64,000 nt of DNA from Octopus vulgaris. Its lineage: Eukaryota. The stretch lies in assembly GCA_951406725.2 (NCBI GenBank), contig OX597814.1:109120001-109184000 (forward strand), written 5' to 3'. Position 1 is the stretch's first letter. Each line of letters begins with the position of its first letter. The notes under the pieces were generated by a model. That model was not told the origin of the DNA, did not search any database, and saw only the letters and a list, made by a program, of their open reading frames with translations. Both the position numbers and the translations under genes were made by a program. Positions 1 to 10,084 of this stretch are shown here, piece by piece.

Positions 1-1134
1 TAGAATTAAAATTTCTTTGATTAAAACCCTTTCTAACATGGAAGTATCCATAGAGCAACTGAGGCACATAATGCTTTATGAGTACAAAAATGGAAACTCT
101 GCAGCCGAAGCGACTCGAAACATACACTCAGTTTATGGGAAAGAATGCTTAATGAAAGAACTTGCAGAATATGGATTGCAAAATTCAGGAGTGGAGATTT
201 CAGTCTTGAAGATGAAGATTGAACAGGACATCCAGTTGAGTTTGATGATAAGCTCCTTGAGGCATTATTTGAAGAAAATCCTGCATTATCAGTTGAATTA
301 GCAATAAAGCTTAATTCAAACAATACAACTGTTCATCATCATCTTCAACAACTTGGAAAGGTTCCAAAACTTAGAAAATGGGTGCCTCATGAATTGTCCG
401 AAAGCAACTGCAAATCCCAAGTTGACATCTGCTCTTCTCTCCATTCTCACAAACTAATTTCACTCTTTTTGGTTAGTCTAGTGACTGGTGACGAAAAATG
501 GATCTTCTATCGAAATGTTAAACGTTGTAAACAGTGGCTTGGTAAAAATGAAAAAGCTCAACCACAACCGAGAAGGGAACTTCATGGGAAAAAGGCTTTT
601 CTCTCTATCTTGTGGGATTGCAAAGGAGTAATTCACTTTGAATTGTTACCACCTAATGCAACAATCAATGCTCAAATCAACTGTCAGCAATTAGAGTGTT
701 TGAATCAAGCTTTCAAGAAAAAAAGACCCGCTTTAGTGAATCGAAAAGGAGTGATGTTTCATCAGGACAACGTGCAACCCTACATTGCAAAGATCACATC
801 ACAGAAGATTGAAGAGCTTGGTTGGGAAAAAATTCCTCATCCACCTTATTCTTCTGACCTTGCTCCTTCAGCCTACCATTTGATTTGTAGTTTACAGAAT
901 CATTTGGGGGACATAACTTTCACAAGCCACAAGGAGGTCGAAACTGACATTTCAGAGTTCTTCGCTTTGAAACCAAAAAAGTTTTACATTGATGAGATTA
1001 AAAAGCTTGTAAATAGATGGAGGGAAGTCATACATAATCAGGGAAAGTACATTGATGATTAAATTTCAATTAAATATAACATTTTAATCACTTGTTTTCT
1101 TTATTCAAAATTCGGACAGAACTTATGGGATGAC
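1..1134 (+). mobile_element. Mariner (DD34D) DNA transposon relic, right TIR clipped by the PLE insertion
   Basis: Frameshifted transposase from ATG 38 to 1062 with HTH N-terminus, WVPHEL, GDEKW, HQDN and YSSDLAPSAY (cf. YSPDLAPSDY, third Asp mutated). TIR-like ...cggacagaacttatgggatgac stops at 1134. Confidence 0.9.
38..1062 (+). pseudogene. Mariner transposase pseudogene
   Basis: ORFs 17..301 and 382..1062 are consecutive pieces of one mariner transposase separated by frameshift/stop. Confidence 0.9.
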
Positions 1135-1135
1135 A

Positions 1136-1234
1136 TTTTTTCTTTCTACATATGTTTCAAAAATTCCACTGATACTTATTCAAAAGAATAAAGGGTATAA
1201 ACAATGCAATCTTCTCTTCGGGAAAGTGAAAAAA
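1136..1234 (-). ncRNA. Hammerhead-ribozyme fold (mirror copy of 4113-4211)
   Basis: Exact reverse complement of the plus-strand motif; the left arm terminates at the end of stem I. Confidence 0.65.
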
Positions 1235-1509
1235 CGAAACTTGTCAATACGACATTTTAGCAAAAAATGATGGATTCGTATAGCGATAGACAGAACGCTA
1301 TTAATATTGTTTAAAAAAACGTTATATGATATAACGTCATAAGTAGCTAACAGACAGAGTAGGGATATTAATAGTGAATGTTAAATATAAAGGAAATTAA
1401 AGTCTAAACTATATATAATGATAGAGACTACTTATATGCACTAAAAGTATGTTTTTGCCAATGCTTACATCTGTATGCTCGTTCTATAACCGTGTTTACT
1501 AGAGTATTT

Positions 1510-2691
1510 TTAGAAAAAAATAATGAAAAATAGCTCAGAATTGCAGAGAAGACAGAATTTCCTGCCTTTGTCATATGGTATCGAAATTGAGAGGATCAAC
1601 CATTCCAAATGAAATTGTTCATTGTGGTCTTTTAAATTCCAAATCAGTTTGCTGAGACCGGTACTATTCCGTTTATTTCTATCCCTAAATGTTGAGTAAT
1701 GGATAGAAATTCTCTTAGATAACTCTAACGATGTGCTTCCAATGTAAAATCGTACTTTATTACGAGTACTGATTATACACTGGTATATAGAATTTTTAAT
1801 CTTAGAGTTACTTGACATAAATTTAATTCTATTGGGATTGACTTCAGATACAATAACCTTGTTATTAATATTTCTAGAGGGTTGGATGGTAGTAGCTAAA
1901 TTAATGTTAGTATTAGTAAATGTATTAATATTTAACAGTTTGTTATTATGAGAAGATATAATTTGCAAGAGATTTTTTGTGTTTGAAAAACCTATCCTAA
2001 CCTTATGTGAATTAATTATAGAGTAATATCTAGAATTATTTGGAAAATTCCTAGCAATAGCTTGACGAAACAGCAGTGGGAGATTAGATTTAATTTGTCT
2101 CCCGTAAGGAATTATTAACCAAATATTTTTACTAGTATTCATAGCGTAATTACTTTTGAAGGTGTTATATTTACTTTTAGATCGGTAATAGGGGAATAAA
2201 TAAGGGTTATCTGCCTTCATTCGCTTTGTATCGGTGCGTAAGTTATGTTTGTTATCAATAATTCTTTTACGACTAGAAATCTTATCTACATTATTGAATT
2301 TACAATTAGACTGAGCAGAATCAATGTAGAAAATTTTTTCTGTATAACCTGCTTTGATTAAGGCAGAGTTATAGAATTCAGCGTTATTATTGAAAATATC
2401 AACATTAGCAGATAATTTAGATAATCTAAATGAAATATTCTTAACTAAATTTTTAGTAATTGCTCCAGGATGATTACTAAATTTGCTAATGTACTTAAGA
2501 TTGGTCAACGGTTTATGATATGGGAAGTAAGAGTCACTGTGTAAATTAAGCGTAATATCTAAAAAGTTGGCCTTCGTCAGATCGTCATCAAAAACGATTT
2601 TTAAGCCCATTCTACTGAAAAAATTAACTAAACTGTTCTTAACTTTTTGTACCTTTTGGTTAGAAACATTTTGGAGGTAAAGTAAACAATC
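1510..2691 (-). CDS. PLE RT C-terminus + GIY-YIG endonuclease, left arm (1-nt homopolymer frameshift near C-terminus)
   Basis: The reading frame extends upstream of ORF 1510..2610 as DCLLYLQNVSNQKVQKVKNSLVNFFSR-MGLKI, i.e. it probably starts at the second Asp of the RT YxDD motif. Confidence 0.85.
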   Translation of the reverse strand, partial: DCLLYLQNVSNQKVQKVKNSLVNFFSRMGLKIVFDDDLTKANFLDITLNLHSDSYFPYHKPLTNLKYISKFSNHPGAITKNLVKNISFRLSKLSANVDIFNNNAEFYNSALIKAGYTEKIFYIDSAQSNCKFNNVDKISSRKRIIDNKHNLRTDTKRMKADNPYLFPYYRSKSKYNTFKSNYAMNTSKNIWLIIPYGRQIKSNLPLLFRQAIARNFPNNSRYYSIINSHKVRIGFSNTKNLLQIISSHNNKLLNINTFTNTNINLATTIQPSRNINNKVIVSEVNPNRIKFMSSNSKIKNSIYQCIISTRNKVRFYIGSTSLELSKRISIHYSTFRDRNKRNSTGLSKLIWNLKDHNEQFHLEWLILSISIPYDKGRKFCLLCNSELFFIIFF

Positions 2692-2737
2692 AAAAGGTAC
2701 AAAAAGTTAAGAACAGTTTAGTTAATTTTTCAGTAGA

Positions 2738-3919
2738 ATGGGCTTAAAAATCGTTTTTGATGACGATCTGACGAAGGCCAACTTTTTAGATATTACGCTT
2801 AATTTACACAGTGACTCTTACTTCCCATATCATAAACCGTTGACCAATCTTAAGTACATTAGCAAATTTAGTAATCATCCTGGAGCAATTACTAAAAATT
2901 TAGTTAAGAATATTTCATTTAGATTATCTAAATTATCTGCTAATGTTGATATTTTCAATAATAACGCTGAATTCTATAACTCTGCCTTAATCAAAGCAGG
3001 TTATACAGAAAAAATTTTCTACATTGATTCTGCTCAGTCTAATTGTAAATTCAATAATGTAGATAAGATTTCTAGTCGTAAAAGAATTATTGATAACAAA
3101 CATAACTTACGCACCGATACAAAGCGAATGAAGGCAGATAACCCTTATTTATTCCCCTATTACCGATCTAAAAGTAAATATAACACCTTCAAAAGTAATT
3201 ACGCTATGAATACTAGTAAAAATATTTGGTTAATAATTCCTTACGGGAGACAAATTAAATCTAATCTCCCACTGCTGTTTCGTCAAGCTATTGCTAGGAA
3301 TTTTCCAAATAATTCTAGATATTACTCTATAATTAATTCACATAAGGTTAGGATAGGTTTTTCAAACACAAAAAATCTCTTGCAAATTATATCTTCTCAT
3401 AATAACAAACTGTTAAATATTAATACATTTACTAATACTAACATTAATTTAGCTACTACCATCCAACCCTCTAGAAATATTAATAACAAGGTTATTGTAT
3501 CTGAAGTCAATCCCAATAGAATTAAATTTATGTCAAGTAACTCTAAGATTAAAAATTCTATATACCAGTGTATAATCAGTACTCGTAATAAAGTACGATT
3601 TTACATTGGAAGCACATCGTTAGAGTTATCTAAGAGAATTTCTATCCATTACTCAACATTTAGGGATAGAAATAAACGGAATAGTACCGGTCTCAGCAAA
3701 CTGATTTGGAATTTAAAAGACCACAATGAACAATTTCATTTGGAATGGTTGATCCTCTCAATTTCGATACCATATGACAAAGGCAGGAAATTCTGTCTTC
3801 TCTGCAATTCTGAGCTATTTTTCATTATTTTTTCTAAAAATACTCTAGTAAACACGGTTATAGAACGAGCATACAGATGTAAGCATTGGCAAAAACATAC
3901 TTTTAGTGCATATAAGTAG
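2738..3919 (+). CDS. PLE RT C-terminus/thumb + GIY-YIG endonuclease (partial ORF), Hydra-type C-terminal motifs
   Basis: SIY...YIG, R...H, STGLSKLIW, KFCLLC and RCKH motifs; 393 aa open. Confidence 0.88.
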   Translation: MGLKIVFDDDLTKANFLDITLNLHSDSYFPYHKPLTNLKYISKFSNHPGAITKNLVKNISFRLSKLSANVDIFNNNAEFYNSALIKAGYTEKIFYIDSAQSNCKFNNVDKISSRKRIIDNKHNLRTDTKRMKADNPYLFPYYRSKSKYNTFKSNYAMNTSKNIWLIIPYGRQIKSNLPLLFRQAIARNFPNNSRYYSIINSHKVRIGFSNTKNLLQIISSHNNKLLNINTFTNTNINLATTIQPSRNINNKVIVSEVNPNRIKFMSSNSKIKNSIYQCIISTRNKVRFYIGSTSLELSKRISIHYSTFRDRNKRNSTGLSKLIWNLKDHNEQFHLEWLILSISIPYDKGRKFCLLCNSELFFIIFSKNTLVNTVIERAYRCKHWQKHTFSAYK

Positions 3920-4112
3920 TCTCTATCATTATATATAGTTTAGACTTTAATTTCCTTTATATTTAACATTCACTATTAATATCCCTACTCTGTCTGTTAG
4001 CTACTTATGACGTTATATCATATAACGTTTTTTTAAACAATATTAATAGCGTTCTGTCTATCGCTATACGAATCCATCATTTTTTGCTAAAATGTCGTAT
4101 TGACAAGTTTCG

Positions 4113-4211
4113 TTTTTTCACTTTCCCGAAGAGAAGATTGCATTGTTTATACCCTTTATTCTTTTGAATAAGTATCAGTGGAATTTTTGAAACATATGTA
4201 GAAAGAAAAAA
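4113..4211 (+). ncRNA. Minimal type I hammerhead ribozyme fold with long stem II and CCGAAGA core
   Basis: Stem I UUUUUU-ca-CUUUC / GAAAG-AAAAAA; core CCGAAGA 4126-4132; stem II hairpin 4133-4188; GAAA 4189-4192; stem III AC-AUAU-GU; cleavage triplet GUA 4198-4200. Confidence 0.68.
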
Positions 4212-4394
4212 TACTTGTTTAAACCTGCGTTAACTCCATTTTTTATTCCTATTATTCAAATATTCAACGTAAACACGAAGTTTCAACCTTTATAAACAAG
4301 GAGTTACAACATCTTTACTTGTGAGATTTTTGCTGCCCTGGTAACTATTCATTCATTTATCCATGTTAATTGTTAACAAGGTAAAATACACTCA

Positions 4395-4397
<3 letters not shown>

Positions 4398-4461
<64 letters not shown>
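4398..4461. repeat. (TA)n/(TG)n microsatellite
   Basis: Direct reading. Confidence 0.95.
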
Positions 4462-4462
4462 G

Positions 4463-4837
4463 GAGGCACAATGGCCCAGTGGTTAGGATAGCGGACTCGT
4501 AGTCATAGGATCGCAGTTTTGATTCCCAGACCAGGTGTTGTGAGTGTTTATTGAGTGAAAACACCTAAAACTCCACGAGGCTCCAGCAGGGGTTGGTGGC
4601 AAACCCTGCTTTATCCTTTCACCACAACTTTCTCACTTTCTTCCTGTTTCTCTTGTACCTGAATTTCAAAGGGCCAGCCTTGTCATGCTCTGTGTCACGC
4701 TGAATCTCCCTGAGAACTACATTAAGGGTACACAAATCTGTGGAGTTCTCAGCCACTTGCATGTTAATTTCACAAGCAGGCTGTTCCATTGATCGGATTG
4801 ACTGGAACCCTTGTCGTCATAAGCGACAGAGTGCCAC
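4463..4837 (+). mobile_element. tRNA-derived SINE (family C, head gaggcgcaatggcccagtggttagg)
   Basis: A-box TGGCCCAGTGG and degenerate B-box; related copies at about 20197-20500 and 31101-31470. Confidence 0.8.
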
Positions 4838-5661
4838 AAAATATATATTTGCAAGGTGGATTCGAAAAATTATAACATATAGACATGTGGCGGGTTATTT
4901 ATCGCCCCATATCTATGTGTTCGATCCTTGGCACCCTACTGAAGAAGCAGCACCAGACATAGATGGGAATTATTTTATTACAATCTATATTTAAGTCTGC
5001 AGAAACTATGCATAGTCTAGGACAATAAGGGAAAAGTTTTTATTTTTCATTCACTTTCAGAATTACAACAATTAGTGGCTTGGAGTTTAACTGCTCTTTC
5101 TAGTGAGTCAGATATCTTATATTTTGGGGGTATCTCTTATGTGTTTGAATGTACACTGTATTCTTATATATATATATTTACATCTTTTATCTTTTACTTG
5201 TTTCAGGCATTAGACAGTGGCCATGCTGGGGCAATGCTTTGAAGAATTTCAGTCAAATGAATTGACTCCAGTACTTATTGTTTTGAAGCCTGTTCTATCA
5301 GACCCTTTTGCCCAAACACTAAGTTACAGGGACGTAAATGACAAGCAGTGGTGGAGGACAAACACAGACATACACACATATGACAAGCTTCTTTCAGTTT
5401 CCATGGATGTAAAACAAACATAACAAAGACATTTTAATTCTCCCTACTTCTCTAGAAAATAATCCCTAATGATTAAGGGGTTAGGGATTATCTGAAAACA
5501 GACTAGCATAATATCTGAACTAAAATATTAGTAATTGACCCACCATGGAAAGTGGATGTGGAATGATGATGATTATGATGGTGATAATGATGATGTTGAT
5601 GATGACAATGATCTCCTTTTCATCTTATTCCCCCAATTTTACCTGTTCCTAGTTTACATAC

Positions 5662-5717
5662 CTTTTGAAACTTTTTGTTCTGTTTTTTCATTTCTTTTGC
5701 TGCTTTTTTTTTTGATA
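5662..5717 (-). CDS. HYDIN: Probable HYDIN exon (IKKKSSKRNEKTEQKVSK)
   Basis: Acceptor ttaaag, strong donor AG|GTATGT, phase compatible with exon 16006-16083; Lys-rich like the region after the HYDIN coiled coil. Homology is weak. Confidence 0.45.
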
Positions 5718-5789
5718 CTTTAACCAAACATGCAACCATATTTCATTCAGATACTTCAGTCTTCATCAATCTACTCATCTTACCCTCCT

Positions 5790-6165
5790 GTAACTGGCAC
5801 TCGTGCTGGTGGCACATAAAAAGCACCTTTTGAGCATTGGGCCTCACGGAGGCAAAGTGGGCAATGCCAGTGGCATGTGAAAAGCACCTTTCGAGTGTTG
5901 GGCCTCACAGAGGCAATGACGAATGACTGAGACCTTTGGCATTATGTTGTGCTTGTAGTTGCGGCAGATACTGGCGTCACACAAATGGAACCTATGCCGG
6001 TGGCACATAAAAGCACTCATTGCACTCTTGGAGTGGTTGGCATTACGAAGGGCATCCAGCCATAGAAACCATGCCAAATCAGACTGGAGTCTGGTGCAGC
6101 CTTCCAGCTTTCCAACCCATGCCAGCATGGACAATGGACATTAAATGATGAGGATGATGATGATC
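5790..6165 (+). mobile_element. RTE-LINE-type 3' UTR / SINE tail repeat ending in (GAT)n (representative of about 15 or more copies in the window)
   Basis: Conserved ggttggcattaggaagggcatccagc...acccatgccagcatgga...taaatgatgatg. Other copies approximately at 18493-18990, 27320-28835, 34400-34880, 38770-39455, 40040-40510, 42523-42870, 43680-44115, 50650-51035, 52925-54095, 59791-60545, 62910-63230. One follows an RTE ORF remnant at about 39525-39960. Confidence 0.75.
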
Positions 6166-6849
6166 TCCGCTACCATTTTCCCCATTTCTCTGCTTTCTCC
6201 CACCCCTCCCCCAAAATGAAAACTTTCTCTCTGTCTTCTTCTAACTTTCTCTGTTCATTGGTGCATTCCTCCTCAATTATTAAATTGCAACAATTAAAAC
6301 TGGACACTAACCACATATTTCTAACCCATTTATTCACGGAGCGCAGTCCGGCAGAAGTTATAATATCTGTAAACACTGTTTTCTTCTTCCTAATATGGAA
6401 TAAAAAAAAAATTCATTTCAATTTAAGAGATTTAACAGGAAACGTTTCCTTCATCTATTTTCAACACACACATACACACACACACACTTTATAATTTCCA
6501 CAACTGGGTATGGTTCTCTCTCCAATGTTAGTGTCATGTAAAAACACACCAGTAAACTCTGGAAAGTGTCAGGTTGTGAAGACCCATCATATATATCGGC
6601 TACATGGCTACTTTCATTTGTGCAGGTGCTAAGGGCAAAAAAGGTGAAGTACTTAGTACAGTCTGTAAAGTGGTTGGCATTAGGAAGGGCATCTGACAGT
6701 AGAAACCATGCCATAAATGAAATGTAAAAACAAGATGTGGTCCGCTTAACCCCTCTAGGGGAGCCATACTCCTGACTATTTGCTGATTTCAACAGTGGCA
6801 ATCTGTCCAACCCATATCAGGTCAGAGAGCAGATGGAAAACATCAACGA

Positions 6850-7530
6850 TGATGATAATGAAATATCGGTGGTCAAGTTTTGGCACAAGGCCAGTAATTC
6901 CAGGACTGAAGAGGTGGGGGTCAGTCGATTACAGCGACCCCACCCCAGTGCTCGACTGATAGTTATTTTATCGACTCCGAAAGGATGAAAGACAAAGTCA
7001 ACCTCATAGGAATTTGAAATGAGAACGTAGCGGCAGATGAAATACCTATTTCTTTACTACCCACAAAGGGCTAAACACAGAGGGGGCAAACAAGGACAGA
7101 CAAACGGATTAAGTTGATTATCTCGACCCCAGTTCATAACTGGTACTTATTTAATCGACCCCGAAAGGATGAAAGGCAAAGTCGACCTCGGTGGAATTTG
7201 AACTCAGAATGTAGCAGCAGACGAAATACCTATTTCTTTACTACCCACAAGGGGTTAAACATAGAGGGGACAAACAAGGACAGACATAGGGATTAAGTCG
7301 ATTACATTGACCCCAGTGCGTAACTGATACTTAATTTATCGACCCCAAAAGGATGAAAGGCAAAGTTGACCTTGGCGGAATTTGAACTCACAACAGACAA
7401 AATACCTCTAAGCATTTCGCCCGTCTTGCTAACGATTCTGCCAGTTCGCCGCCTTGTAAAGACAGATGAAATACCACTAAGCGTTTTGCCTGGAATGCTA
7501 ATGGTTCTGCCAACCCACCACTTTAAGGAC
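6850..7530 (-). mobile_element. tRNA-derived SINE (family B, head ggcggcgagctggcagaa) with internal ~183-bp tandem duplications
   Basis: Repeated atcgaccccgaaaggatgaaaggcaaagtcgacctcgg at about 6970, 7155 and 7338; B-box gagttcaaattcc. Other copies at about 17953-18180, 34155-34365, 35099-35320, 45840-46060. Confidence 0.75.
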
Positions 7531-7761
7531 GATGAAAGATCACAATAGCCAACCCAAGGAGAAATTAATGAGACCCTGAGAACTCATTGCTTCAGAAATT
7601 AAAATGATGACAAAAATATTTTAGTTCAGATATTATGTTTTCAGATAATCCCTAACCCCTTAATCATTAGGGATTATTTTCTAGAGAAGTAGGGAGAATT
7701 AAAATGTCTTTGTTATGTTTGTTTGTTTTACATCCATTTTCCATGCTTTCATGGGTTAGAT

Positions 7762-8368
7762 CAGTGCTTCTCAACCATTTTTTGTCAATGGACCCCTTTG
7801 ATTCTTCTTTTACTTGTGTGGACCCTCAGAGTCATTCAATGTTTAAAAATATTTTCATATTTTTATAACAAAATATTATTAGCAATTACCAACCACATGG
7901 TTCCGGGTTCAGTCCCACTGCATGGCACCTTGGGCAAGTGTCTTCTACTATAGCCTCGGGCCGACCAAAGCCTTGTGAGTGGATTTGGCAGACGGAAACT
8001 GAAAGAAGCCCGTCATATATATGTATATATATGTGTATGTATATATGTTTGTGTGTCTGTGTTTGTCCCCCTAACATCGCTTGACAACCGATGCTGGTGT
8101 GTTTATGTCCCTGTAACTTAGTGGTTCGGCAAAAGAGACCGATAGAATAAGTACTAGGCTTACAAAGAATAAGTCCTGGGGTCGATTTGCTCGACTAAAG
8201 GCGGTGCTCCAGCATGGCCGCAGTCAAATAACTGAAACAAGTAAAAGAGAGTAAAACAGATATTTTGTGTATTGTACAAGAATAAGAAATTTATTGCTCG
8301 TGAATTTTAAGGACAAAGTCTTATGTGGACCCCACAGGGGTCACAGGGACAGTGGTTGAGAATCACTC
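7762..8368. mobile_element. hAT-type MITE with a nested SINE (7888-8255)
   Basis: Ends cagtgcttctcaacc / ggttgagaatcactc; 8-bp TSD ggttagat 7754-7761 / agttagat 8369-8376. Confidence 0.8.
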
Positions 8369-9243
8369 AGTTAGATGAATATGGTATTAATGGCATAGTT
8401 TCTACAGCCAGATGTCCTCCCTTTTGCTAACCCTTATCTGTTCTTCAAGTAAAGAACCTTTTGTTCCACACAGCTGCAAAGGTGTGAAGCAAGCAAAATG
8501 ATATGCTGACAAAAGAAGGAACAAAAACAACAACAAAGCCAACATGCCACAACTTTTGTAAAAGCAAACAAACTGCAAACAAAACACACACACACATGCA
8601 TGCACACAGATATACAGTTGGCTTGATATGGCATAGAATGTTTTCATTTTTCTATTTCTTTTCCAAACCTAAGCAATTCATAAATTGAATAAGGGATCTG
8701 TGGGAGATGCCTAGTTCATTGGAAGAACCTCTCTTCATTTCTGGGAACTTTGAGAGAAAAGAACATTCCACTCATATTAAGCCACTCTATACATACTTTT
8801 TCACACACCTGTATATATGTATACACACATACACGCATATATATACGTGCGTGTATATATATATATATATATATATATACAACCATATCATAAATTTAAT
8901 GAAAACCTTAGATATATAAATGTTAATAGTAATCACCTACCATCAATTAAAAAATCGTTGATTAATAATATAAGTAAATGTATATCATTACTTTCTTATG
9001 ATTTAGAAATTTTTAATAAACATGCACCTACGAGAGGCAGGTTATAATAATAATAATATTAAATTTTTTAATAAAAATAAAGATAAAAATATTAATAATT
9101 ATAATAATTATGTTAGTCATATTAGTAGTAACTGTAGTAATTATAAAAATAAAATTAAAAAGGAGACAAATTTTAATATTAATTCAATAAATGTTAATTA
9201 TAATTTTAATATCATAAAGAAATATAATAATCGTATTGGTAAT

Positions 9244-9283
<40 letters not shown>

Positions 9284-9439
9284 GTAATAATAGTAATAGT
9301 AATAATAATAATAATAGTAATAATTATATGATTAATTATAATAATGTTAATAATAATAATAATAATAAGAAAATTTGGTTAATTGTTCCTTATGGGGCTC
9401 AAGTTAAAATGAACATTATTAAAGAGATTTTAGATATTA

Positions 9440-10084
9440 TTGAACAATTCATTCATGATAATCGTAAATATAAAAAAAATTTTCTCTAGTAATAACTTTG
9501 GAGTAGGTTATTCTACCACTAATAGTGTAGGTAACATTATTTCTTCTTTTAACAAATTTAAGTTGAATAATTTTTATAAAAATAAATTTTATAATCATAC
9601 CAATAATAATAAAGATAAGACACTCATTAATTGTACATGTAGAGATAAAACTAAGTGCAAATTTAATAATAAATGTGATTTAAATGATGTTGTTTATAAA
9701 TGTATAGTTACATTAATTAATGAGAATAATAGGAATAATAATAACTTAAATGCCATTTATATAGGGTTTACTTCCTCTAAAATAAAATTAAGAATCGCAC
9801 AGCATATGCATTCATTTAAAAATAAAAACCTAATTAACTCTACAGGGCTTAGCAAATACATTTGGGGGCTTAAATCCCAAAGTATTAAGTATGATTTAAG
9901 GTGGGAAATAATAAGTAAGGCCAAATCATATAGTATAGGAGGTAATTATTGTTATTTATGTTCTAAAAAGCTTAAAGAAATTTTGTTTACTGATCATAAT
10001 AATTTAGTGAATTCTTTGGATGAGCATAAAATTAAATGCAGACACAGGTTACTTTACTTATATAATAAATTTCTAGATAAATAA
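9440..10084 (+). pseudogene. PLE GIY-YIG endonuclease domain with Cys-rich linker
   Basis: Homologous to the C-terminal half of ORF 2738..3919. Confidence 0.85.

Larger units (their letters stand above)
1135..4397. mobile_element. Penelope-like retroelement, 5'-truncated, head-to-head inverted duplication (arms 1135-2658 and 2691-4212), right end abuts (TA)n
   Basis: Arms are reverse complements; the only differences I saw are homopolymer lengths. 32-bp spacer. Both arms encode RT C-terminus (FLDITLNL, PYHKP, SNHP) plus GIY-YIG endonuclease. Confidence 0.92.

Noticed and set aside
4463-4535. SINE heads (also near 17953, 31101, 35795, 57918, 60612) as tRNA genes
   Set aside because: Cloverleaves are incomplete or degenerate and are fused to repeat bodies.
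6326-6389. Possible extra HYDIN exon (KKKTVFTDIITSAGLRSVNKW)
   Set aside because: The acceptor and entry phase fit, but the donor is weak, the exit phase does not join 5662-5717 without a stop, and I recognise no homology. It needs cDNA evidence.
9022-9489. Asn-rich ORF as a cellular prion-like protein
   Set aside because: It is the (AAT)n-expanded linker of the decayed PLE ORF, lying between RT and GIY-YIG remnants.
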